The notes: generated by a model not told the origin, from the letters alone. Counted from the stretch's first letter, positions 14,127 through 22,200 are shown. The stretch: DNA of 35,234 nt from Clostridia bacterium (GCA_017471125.1 JAFUWR010000220.1:1-35234); one strand, 5' to 3'. Numbers and translations: made by a program.

Positions 14127-14936
14127 ATGCCCCACTACCTCTCATCCCGCGAGGAGAAGATCGACGCCGCGCGTCGCATGAATCTGTTTTCCGATTTGTT
14201 CATGTCCGTGGCGCTGGATGATCGGCTCGCCTGTGAATACGTTCTTCGTATCCTAACGGGCATCCCATCCTTGGCGGTGCTTGAGATGCGCACACAGTAC
14301 CGTGTGAATAACATGATCGCCCGAGATGTCATTTTTGACGTTTTGGCTCAGGATGAAACGGGAAGGCTATACAACATTGAGGTGCAACGAACGGATACGC
14401 TCGATCACCCACGCCGCGTGCTTCTCTATGCGTCTGAATTGATAACTGAGTTTATGCGGAAGGGAAGCTCTGTGGACGATACGCCGGAAGTCTACATCTT
14501 TTATTTGAGTGAGACAGACATCTTAAAGACCGGTAAAAGTATTGCATGGGTAGAAAAGCGGTTGGCTGGGGAACCGTATTGCGACGGCCTTCACATCGCA
14601 TTTGCCAATGCGGAGGTGGATGACGGAAGCGAAGTGGCGGGGCTGATGCGGTATTTCAAAACCGCCGACCCGGATGATCTATCGCATGGCTCTCTTTCAC
14701 GGCGCATACACCTTTTGAAAAAGGAAAAGGAGGGCGAGGAACTCATGTGCCAGATCTCAGATAAGTTTGTTCAGGAAGGAAAGGTCCAGGGAAAAGTCGA
14801 AAGCATCGTCAATCTTACCGCCAAGATGTCCATCTCTGATGAAACTGCTATGGAATTGGTCGGTGTTGATGAAAAGGAACGTCCCCTTTATGCTGCATAC
14901 GTGAAAGAGATGAGGCGTGCAATGGCGACGGCTTAG
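14127..14936 (+). CDS. Rpn-family / PD-(D/E)XK nuclease-family putative transposase, second subfamily (269 aa)
   Basis: An AAGGAGA SD (14113..14119) precedes the ATG at 14127. The protein reads MPHYLSSREEKIDAARRMNLFSDLFMSVALDD...ARDVIFDVLAQDETGRLYNIEVQRTD...RRVLLYASELI, carrying the NL..D.LF and D..D..G..YN.E.Q signatures. The C-terminus has a QEGKVQGKVE-type repeat. Confidence 0.78.
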   Translation: MPHYLSSREEKIDAARRMNLFSDLFMSVALDDRLACEYVLRILTGIPSLAVLEMRTQYRVNNMIARDVIFDVLAQDETGRLYNIEVQRTDTLDHPRRVLLYASELITEFMRKGSSVDDTPEVYIFYLSETDILKTGKSIAWVEKRLAGEPYCDGLHIAFANAEVDDGSEVAGLMRYFKTADPDDLSHGSLSRRIHLLKKEKEGEELMCQISDKFVQEGKVQGKVESIVNLTAKMSISDETAMELVGVDEKERPLYAAYVKEMRRAMATA

Positions 14937-14948
14937 TGGTAAAAAACG

Positions 14949-15009
14949 CTGCCCCCTCCACCGGCTCGCCCTGCTGATCACCAAGCGTCGCATGGGCGCC
15001 AACGACTGA
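14949..15009 (+). pseudogene. Relic of a pilin sorting-signal end (P5 remnant)
   Basis: ctgccccctccaccggc is LPSTG coding with one extra c. It is joined to ctgctgatcaccaagcgtcgcatgggcgccaacgactga (LLITKRRMGAND*). The hydrophobic segment has been deleted. The last 39 nt differ from the P4 end (13274..13313) at one base. Confidence 0.75.
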
Positions 15010-15092
15010 TACTCGTTGCAACCGCCCCATTCGGAACGTGCGTGACGGCGACCGAGGCCGAATAGCCCCATGATCGACGTCCCGCGCACCCT

Positions 15093-15123
15093 GTCCCGGC
15101 TCCTCATCGCGAGGAGCCGGGAC
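15093..15123 (+). terminator. Strong hairpin, probable terminator closing the pilin island
   Basis: GTCCCGGCTCCTC-atcgc-GAGGAGCCGGGAC forms a 13-bp perfect stem, followed by TTGCGTCTTCTC. The T-tract is imperfect. Confidence 0.55.
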
Positions 15124-15140
15124 TTGCGTCTTCTCCCCTC

Positions 15141-15169
15141 TTGACCCAAAACTCGCTCTGTGGTACCAT
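15141..15169 (+). promoter_or_regulatory. Promoter M3 of the esterase-GTPase operon
   Basis: TTGACC (15141..15146), 17-nt spacer ending in TGG, then TACCAT (15164..15169), then GTCGTGGAAG as found after M2. Confidence 0.5.
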
Positions 15170-15306
15170 ATAGTCGTGGAAGCTGTCAGAGAACCTTTTC
15201 TTCTACTTTGGACGCATCCCCTCTCGCGACGGATGGATCAAGAGCTATTTGAAAGCCACGCGGAGTAGACAGGAGAAATGTTCAGGAACGACAAGAAGGG
15301 TGCACG

Positions 15307-16302
15307 ATGAAGAAGAAGCTGATACGGATCGCCATCATCCTGCCCTGCGCCGTGATCGCGCTGGGCATTTTGGCGTCCCTGTTGTCCCACGCCGTCTACG
15401 GGCGCACGCTGCGGGCGTCGGTCTACGAGGTCGTGCTGCGCCGCCGCTACGCAAATCCCCGCACGCCGGAGGAGGAGGTCGCCCGGCTGGAGGCCAAGCG
15501 CGACAAGGGCGAGAAGCCCTACACGCTGCCCGACGACCTCAAATTCAGCGTGCCCATCGAGGCCACCGACCGCGACGGCACGCAGGTGTTCGTGCTCAAC
15601 GGCGACGCGCCCCGGGACGTGATCGCGCTGTACCTGCACGGCGGCGCGTACATCAACCCCTTCAACGCCTACCAGTGGCGGTTCATGGACCGGCTGGCCG
15701 CGGAGGCGGACTGCCCGGTGGTGGCCCCGGCCTACCGCCTCGCGCCCTTCGCCACCTATGCCGACGCCTACGCTGACCTGACCGCGCTGTACCGGGACCT
15801 GCTGGACAAGAACCCCGACAGCCGCATCGCGCTGATGGGCGACTCCGCCGGCGGCGGGCTGGCGCTGGGCCTGGCCGAATACTGGCGCGACGAGGGCCTG
15901 CCCCTGCCCGACCGGCTGATCCTGTTCTCCCCGTGGGTGGACGTGTCCATGGACAACTCCGACATCCTGCCGCTGACCGCCATCGAGCCCATCCTCCACC
16001 TGGAGCTGGTGAAGCTCCACGGCATATACTGGGCCGGCGGGCAGGACACCCATCACTGGCAGGTCAGCCCCCTCTACGGCGACATGGCGGGCCTGCCCCC
16101 GGTGACGCTCTACTGCGGCACCCGGGAGCTGCTGCTGCCCGACATCACCCTCGCCGCGGATAAGCTCGCCGCCGCCGGGAACGACGTCGATCTCCACGTC
16201 GCCCGGGGCCTCAACCACGACTACCCCCTCATGCCCATCCCCGACGCCGAGCCCGCGGTGCGGGAGGCGATCGCCATCGTCAAAGCGCTGGAGGCACCAT
16301 GA
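15307..16302 (+). CDS. Membrane-anchored alpha/beta hydrolase, HSL-type esterase/lipase (331 aa)
   Basis: N-terminal TM segment MKKKLIRIAIILPCAVIALGILASLL. The oxyanion motif is LYLHGGAY and the nucleophile elbow is GDSAGG. Confidence 0.88.
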   Translation: MKKKLIRIAIILPCAVIALGILASLLSHAVYGRTLRASVYEVVLRRRYANPRTPEEEVARLEAKRDKGEKPYTLPDDLKFSVPIEATDRDGTQVFVLNGDAPRDVIALYLHGGAYINPFNAYQWRFMDRLAAEADCPVVAPAYRLAPFATYADAYADLTALYRDLLDKNPDSRIALMGDSAGGGLALGLAEYWRDEGLPLPDRLILFSPWVDVSMDNSDILPLTAIEPILHLELVKLHGIYWAGGQDTHHWQVSPLYGDMAGLPPVTLYCGTRELLLPDITLAADKLAAAGNDVDLHVARGLNHDYPLMPIPDAEPAVREAIAIVKALEAP

Positions 16303-18251
16303 CGAACACGAGCATAGCCATACTCGCCCACGTGGACGCGGGCAAGACGACATTTTCAGAGCAGATCCTCTGCCACGCTGGGGTGCTGCGCGCGGCGGGC
16401 CGGGTAGACCACGGCGACGCCTTCCTGGACGCGCACCCGCTGGAGCGCCAGCGCGGCATCACCATATTCTCCGACCAGGCGACGTTCGAGCGCGGGGGTC
16501 GGCGCTTCTTTTGGGTGGACACCCCGGGCCACGCGGACTTCGCCGCGGAGATGGAGCGGGCGCTGACGGCGGCGGACCACGCGGTGGTGCTGGTGTCCGG
16601 CGCGGAGGGCGTACAGGGCCACACGGAGACCATCTGGGCGCTGCTCGAGCGGCTGTCGATCCCGGCGTTCATATTCGTGAACAAGACCGACCGGGCGGGC
16701 TTCGACGCCGCCGCGACCTTGGGCGACCTGAAGCGCCGCCTGTCCCCGGACTGCGTGGACATGTCGGGCTTCGCGGGCGGGGACATGCCCGAGGCCGTCA
16801 TAGAGGCCGTGGCGGAGCGGGACGAGGCGCTGCTGGACAGGCTCATGGCCGACGACTACGACCCGGACGCCTGGCTCAGCGCCCTGCGCGGCGAGATCGG
16901 GCGGCGCGACCTGTTCCCGGTCTACTTCGGCTCGGCGCTGAACGACGCGGGCGTGGCGGCGTTTCTGGACGCGCTGTGCCTGCTGACCGAGGGCGTCGCC
17001 CCGGACGACGCGCCCTTCGACGCGCTGGTCTACAAGGTGCGCCACGACGCCCAGGGCGGGCGGCTGACGTTCTTCAAGGTGCTGTCCGGCAGCGTGGGCG
17101 TGCGCGAGGAGGTCGCCCTGCCCGGCGGCGGTGCCGCCAAGCTCAACGAGCTGCGGCTGTATTCCGGGCCGAAGTACAGGCCCGTCCCCCGGGCGGAGCG
17201 TGGCATGCTGGTGGCCGCGGCGGGACTATCGTCGGTGAAGCCCGGCGACCGCCTCGGCGCGGGCCGGGACATCCGCGGCCGCTTCGCCACCGAGCCCATG
17301 CTGGCCGCCTCGGTGGAGTGGGACGGATCTATACCCGCCGCCCGCGTGCTCCAGGCGCTTCGGCAGCTCGAGGCCGAGGACCCCGCGCTGAACGTGGCGT
17401 ATTCGGAGGCCACCGGCTCCATCGACGTGGACGTGATGGGCCCCATCCAGTTGGAGGTCTTGAAGCAGCTCCTCCTGGACCGCTTCGGCCTCGACGTGAC
17501 CTTCGGCAGGCTCCGGGTGATGTACATGGAGACCATCGCCGCCCCCGCCGTCGGCATCGGCCACTACGAGCCCCTGCGCCACTACGCCGAGGTGCAGCTT
17601 CGGCTGTCGCCGGGCGCGCCGGGCAGCGGCATCACCTTCGTCTCGAAGTGCCACGTGGACGAGCTGGCCCTGAACTGGCAGCGGCTCATCGAGACCCACG
17701 TGTTCGAGAAGGCGCACAAGGGCGTGCTCACCGGGGCGCGGCTGACGGACGTGAAGGTCGAGCTGCTCCACGGGCGGGCGCACCTCAAGCACACCGAGGG
17801 CGGCGACTTCCGCCAGAGCACCTACCGCGCCATCCGCAACGCGCTGATGTACGCGCCGTCCGTGCTGCTGGAGCCCATCTGCCGGTTCAGCCTGCGGTTC
17901 CCCCGGGACGACTATGGCCGGGTGATGGGCGACCTGACCCGCATGCAGGCCAAGCTCGACCTGCCCGACATGACCGGCGACGCCTGCGCCCTGGACGGGG
18001 AGGCGCCCTTCGCCGAGTTCTCCGGCTACATCGCCGGCTTCATGGCCGCCACCCACGGCCGCGGCGCTCTGCGCTACCGGCTGGCGCGCTACGCCCCCTG
18101 CCGCGACGCCGACGCCGTCGTCGCCGACGCCCATTACGACCCCCTCGCCGACGACACCCCCGACTCCGTGTTCTGCTCCCACGGCGCGGGCCACGTGGTC
18201 CCCTGGGACCAGGTCCGCGAATTTGCCCACACGCCGGTGGATGTCGTCTAA
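16299..18251 (+). CDS. Translation-factor GTPase of the Tet(M)/Tet(O) ribosomal-protection-like family (650 aa)
   Basis: Reads IAILAHVDAGKTTFSEQIL (G1), LERQRGITI, DTPGHADF (G3) and FVNKTD (G4). Length and layout resemble 639-aa Tet(M). It overlaps the esterase stop as ATGA. Confidence 0.85.
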   Translation: MTNTSIAILAHVDAGKTTFSEQILCHAGVLRAAGRVDHGDAFLDAHPLERQRGITIFSDQATFERGGRRFFWVDTPGHADFAAEMERALTAADHAVVLVSGAEGVQGHTETIWALLERLSIPAFIFVNKTDRAGFDAAATLGDLKRRLSPDCVDMSGFAGGDMPEAVIEAVAERDEALLDRLMADDYDPDAWLSALRGEIGRRDLFPVYFGSALNDAGVAAFLDALCLLTEGVAPDDAPFDALVYKVRHDAQGGRLTFFKVLSGSVGVREEVALPGGGAAKLNELRLYSGPKYRPVPRAERGMLVAAAGLSSVKPGDRLGAGRDIRGRFATEPMLAASVEWDGSIPAARVLQALRQLEAEDPALNVAYSEATGSIDVDVMGPIQLEVLKQLLLDRFGLDVTFGRLRVMYMETIAAPAVGIGHYEPLRHYAEVQLRLSPGAPGSGITFVSKCHVDELALNWQRLIETHVFEKAHKGVLTGARLTDVKVELLHGRAHLKHTEGGDFRQSTYRAIRNALMYAPSVLLEPICRFSLRFPRDDYGRVMGDLTRMQAKLDLPDMTGDACALDGEAPFAEFSGYIAGFMAATHGRGALRYRLARYAPCRDADAVVADAHYDPLADDTPDSVFCSHGAGHVVPWDQVREFAHTPVDVV

Positions 18252-18256
18252 ATGCC

Positions 18257-18423
18257 TTGCGGGGCTTTCTCAAATTGAATAGGACTGCATAGAACAGTCG
18301 TAGGGGCGCCGTTGCGGCGCCCGCCCGAGTACATATCACAGCGTTGTACCCGGCGGGCGGCGCAACGCCGCCCCTACGATCACATATAGCTGTATCACTA
18401 TCCGCTTTGAGACAGCCCCGCAA
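18257..18423. repeat. 167-nt palindromic REP/MITE-like element (copy 2) filling a convergent intergenic gap
   Basis: The outer inverted repeat pairs TTGCGGGGCTTTCTCAAA (18257..18274) with TTTGAGACAGCCCCGCAA (18406..18423). The inner 26-mers are GTAGGGGCGCCGTTGCGGCGCCCGCC (18300..18325) and GGCGGGCGGCGCAACGCCGCCCCTAC (18352..18377). It probably acts as a bidirectional terminator. Confidence 0.8.
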
Positions 18424-18429
18424 ACCTAT

Positions 18430-18765
18430 CTATTTCAGCACCTTGTCCAGGTTTTCAAGCGTATGCCCGATGCGCACGATCTGCGCCACGTCGCCCATGA
18501 CGCGGTAGATCAGATAGTAGTCGTGTTCCAGAAAATCCATCCGGCGCAGCTTCCGCCGCTGCATGATGGGATGCCTGCCGACCGCCACCCGGTCGCCCAT
18601 CAGACCCACCATCGCCTTGGTCTGCTCGTAGTCCTCAAAGACGGCGCGGGCGGCGTCGGGGTTATAGAGCGGCTTTTCCGCGATATAAGACAGTATCCTG
18701 GTCAGCCGCTGCTCCACGCGCCGGATGACCTGGACCTCCCACGTCTTCATCGTATCGTCGGCCAC
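18430..18765 (-). CDS. parE: Type II toxin, ParE/RelE family
   Basis: Reads ...MKTWEVQVIRRVEQRLTRILSYIAE...DYYLIYRVMGDVAQIVRIGHTLENLDKVL, with the typical Y(L/R)I.Y...D...I..I.H ending. The start is either GTG 18765 or ATG 18750. Confidence 0.75.
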   Translation of the reverse strand: MADDTMKTWEVQVIRRVEQRLTRILSYIAEKPLYNPDAARAVFEDYEQTKAMVGLMGDRVAVGRHPIMQRRKLRRMDFLEHDYYLIYRVMGDVAQIVRIGHTLENLDKVLK

Positions 18766-18771
18766 AGGCGC

Positions 18772-19011
18772 TCACCACCCGAATCGCGCCCGTATGCGCG
18801 CGCTCATCTCCTCGGCGGGATAGCCCTCCCCCCGGTCGAAATCCGCGAGGGCGGCGTCCAGTTCGGCCTCGAGCCGGGCTTCGGACGCGACGGCGACGAG
18901 GTCGTCGTCCTCCCCGCGGAGCAGCTCGACGATGCGCTCCTGGAGGCGTCGCAACTCCTCCTTGCTCAGGGAGGGCAGTATGCGGCATGCCGTGTCAAAG
19001 GTCTTTTGCAT
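18772..19011 (-). CDS. Cognate antitoxin (addiction-module component, about 79 aa)
   Basis: ATG at 19011 with a GAAGGGAG SD about 10 nt upstream. The protein is MQKTFDTACRILPSLSKEELRRLQERIVELL...DFDRGEGYPAEEMSARIRARFGW. It ends 6 nt before the toxin ORF. Confidence 0.65.
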   Translation of the reverse strand: MQKTFDTACRILPSLSKEELRRLQERIVELLRGEDDDLVAVASEARLEAELDAALADFDRGEGYPAEEMSARIRARFGW

Positions 19012-19169
19012 CGAAGTCAACTCCCTTCGGATGGGCTCGCGGGACGGGGCATGCGCCTACCATCCCATATTTTCATATTAGCACATCGCGGAGCAAAAAG
19101 CAAGGAAAACCGCGCGTCCGGCGTCGTTAGAAAAAGTTCTTATAAAATGCGATTTTTTATGTAAATTCC

Positions 19170-19237
19170 TGTAAACCCCCGGGGGTAATCGTCCGTGTAA
19201 CCCAGGGGGAGGTATAATGAAAGAGTTATAGAATGGC
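19170..19237 (+). promoter_or_regulatory. Promoter/leader block of the giant adhesin gene (homolog of 1262..1311)
   Basis: tGTAAACCCCCGGGGGTAATCGTCCG, then a partial duplicate tgtaacccaggggg, then TATAAT (19213..19218), then TTATAGAATGG. A 10-bp perfect palindrome CCCCCGGGGG lies at 19176..19185. A second palindrome TATGCGCATA sits in the leader near 19243. Confidence 0.5.
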
Positions 19238-19292
19238 TTTACGTATGCGCATATTTCAGCACACGAAACGCTCAAAAAACGGGGTGGAAGAT

Positions 19293-22200
19293 ATGGCAAA
19301 CAGCATCGACAAAATGGTACGGCAGGCAAAGAGCAGGCGCGTGCGCAAGCGCGTCCTGGCGCTGTTGGCGGTGGTGACGGTCTTTTTGACCTCCACCGGC
19401 CTGCGCTATGAGGTCATCGCGATGGACCGCGAGCCCAACTGCGGCCTCCTGGAGCACATGCACACCGAGGCGTGTCTGGACGACCTCGGCGCGCTCATCT
19501 GCGGCCTGGATGCCCACGTCCACACGGACGCCTGCTACCAGGACGCGCCCTACGCGCCCCTCGAGGCCGAGATAGAGGCGCCCCTCGAGGCCATCGAAGC
19601 CCCGGTGGAGGAGCTTGAGGCGATGGAGCTCGAGGCCGTGGACGAGTACGTACCGGAGGACGCGCTTCCCATCGAGGCGGAGACCCCCGCGCCCGAGTTC
19701 GTCTACGACATGAACGGCGCGGACCGCGCCCTGCTCAGCGACGTGCTGGCCGCGGCGGGCCTGGAGGTCGGCCTCGTGGACGAGGTCGGCGAGAGCGTGC
19801 TCAGCGACGACCAGGTCCCCTCCATCGCCGTGGAGCGCCGCGACGGGGACTACGCGATCACCGCCCTGCGCGACTTCATCGACGACGACCGGGTGGAGCT
19901 GGCCATCTTCGCCGCGGACGGCGGCGTGTACACCGTGCTGCTGGCCAACGGCGTCGTGCCCGTCGCGGCCACGGCTACGCCCGAGCCGACGGCAGCCCCC
20001 ACCGACACGCCCGAGCCGGAGTACACCGTCGCGCCCGAGCCGATGGACGACGACGAACCCGAGTACACCGTCGCGCCCGAGCCGATGGACGCCGGCGAGC
20101 CCGAGTACACCGTCGCGCCCGAGGTGGTCGAGCCGGCGGCGGAGGTCGACGCCTTTGAGCTGGGCGAGGCGACCCCGTCCGGCAAGCCTACCTATAATAT
20201 TGAAATCAATCTCTACGGCGAGACCGGCCCGTTCAGCCTGACCGCCTGGCTCGCGGACGCCATCGACCCCGAGGCCGACGACGCGCCCGCCTCCGAGTGG
20301 ACCATCGCCTATAACGATACCCTGTTTGAAGTCCTGCCCGACGGGGAGGACTGGCAGGTCATGCCCATCGGCGAATTCGACGAGACCGAGATCGACGTGG
20401 ACACCGGCGCGGCCCTGTACGCCGTCGCGCTGACCAACGCCGCCCCCGGCATGGACGCCCTCGAGACCGGCGTGGCCGTCATCCGCCCCGTGGACGGCGA
20501 CCTGCCCGCCGAGGCCGAGGGCCACGCCGACGTGCTGGACGCCGATGCCGCCGACGCTGCCTGGGCCCAGATCGAGAATTGGAAGGGCAGCCAGCTCCGC
20601 TTCGAGCGCACCTTCGCCGCCGCCCGCACCGCCGCCGCCGCGCCCAACGAGACCCGCGTGCAGGCCTTCGACATCGGCCTGGACAACGTGGACCCCGAGA
20701 CCTACGCCGAGGGTTTCGCCGTCACCGTGACCCTGCCCGAGGCCGTCTGCGGCCGCGACTTCCGCCTCTACCACATCCACGGCGACGGCGACATCGCCGA
20801 GATCGAGGACTTCGACCGCGTCGGCCACCCCGTCGATGACGCGAACGAGGTCGTCACCGCCTTCACCTTCACCACCGACCGCTTCAGCGAATTCGTGCTG
20901 GTCTACACCGTGGACTTCACCTATAACGGCTATACCTATCACATGCCCGGCGGCAGCCGCATGCTGCTGTCGAGCCTGCTGGACATCCTGCAAACGGGCA
21001 TCGCCATCGACGACGTGGCGGAGGTCGCGTTCTCCGATCCCGCGCTGGTCGACGTGCTCGCGTATGCCGACGCCCACGACTGGATGCTCAGGAGCCTCCA
21101 GCCCTTCGACACCCAGGAGACGCTGACCCTGACCCTGCAGAGCGGCGAGCAGACGATCATCTACGTGACGGATGAGGCGCAAGAGGCTTCAGACGGTACG
21201 ATGGACATCACCCACCTGCTGACCAAGGTCGGGGTCTACGAGAAGCAGGACGGCACATGGGTCAGCGCCGGTGATTCGGACAGCGCCGACCCGGTGAAAC
21301 TGCGCGGCGACAAGGAATACTATCTTGAATTCTCACTGGCCGAGGTGTTGAAGGCAAATGGCCAGTTCTCCGACGACGCTACGCCCATGAGGCTGTATCT
21401 GCCTGACGGGGTGCAGATCGTCGATGCGGCCCTGAATGGCAAAGAAGACACACTGACCATCAACCTGGGCGAGGATGGAGAATTCACCGGAAGCAAGGTC
21501 AAGTATGTCGCCAAGAGCGATAGCGATCCGCGGGGCTATATCGAGATCACTTGGAACGCGAACGATTCCACACAGTCGGATAAATTCGACGTGCTGACCG
21601 CCTCCGCCTTCGCGGAGATCACGCTGCGCTACAAGGTCAATATCACCACGGACACGGGCTCGATCAAGTTCAATGAATCCACGACCCTCAACGTCACCCC
21701 GGACAACAGCTTCGACGTGCACGCGACCAAGAAGGGCGAATTCGAGAAGGTCTGGAATGAAACGACCAATAAGTTTGACGCCCGCGTCAACTATACCGTC
21801 ACTGTGACCACCGACGGCAACGCTTCGCCTATACCGGTGAATGAGAATAAGACCCCGATCGAATATGCCAACAGCATCAAGGTGTCTGACCGCATCAACG
21901 GCGACCTGCTGGTGTATGACCCGAACAGCCTCGTCGTCACCCGCATGCCCGAGGATGAAAATACGCAGGGCGAAACCAAGGTATTGACCCTCAACGAAGA
22001 CTTTAGGATTATTACCGAAAATCCTGAGAGCACAAACGGCTTCGATCTGGAGATCATCAGCGACATTCAAGACAATGAGAAGGTCGTCATCACCTATTCC
22101 GCCGATGTGGATAAAACAAAGCTGGGCAACAACATGGGCACGGCGGAATCCACCGGCAACAGCGTGGCGGTCGAGGGCTCGGATTCCAGCGACACGGATT

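Noticed and set aside
13666-14221. ORFs 13666..13893, 13798..13983, 13817..14221 and 13839..14027
   Set aside because: They run through the GC-rich REP-like palindromes. Their Arg/Pro/Ala/Gly-rich products are the usual translation artefacts of such repeats.
16511-18292. 593-aa + strand ORF, 334-aa and 229-aa reverse ORFs over the GTPase gene, and the 371-aa reverse ORF at 15238..16353 over the esterase
   Set aside because: These are Arg/Pro/Gly-rich off-frame or antisense translations of genes whose real frames carry canonical G-motifs or esterase motifs.
19021-19292. c-di-GMP riboswitch (or other riboswitch) ahead of the adhesin or pilin genes, considered because of the adjacent cyclases
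   Set aside because: The leaders after the likely -10 elements are only about 70-115 nt. I could not find the conserved GEMM-type features (paired GNRA/receptor hairpins, ACGCACAGGGCAAACC-like core). The same holds for 1173..1275 and the pilin leaders. A covariance-model scan would be decisive.
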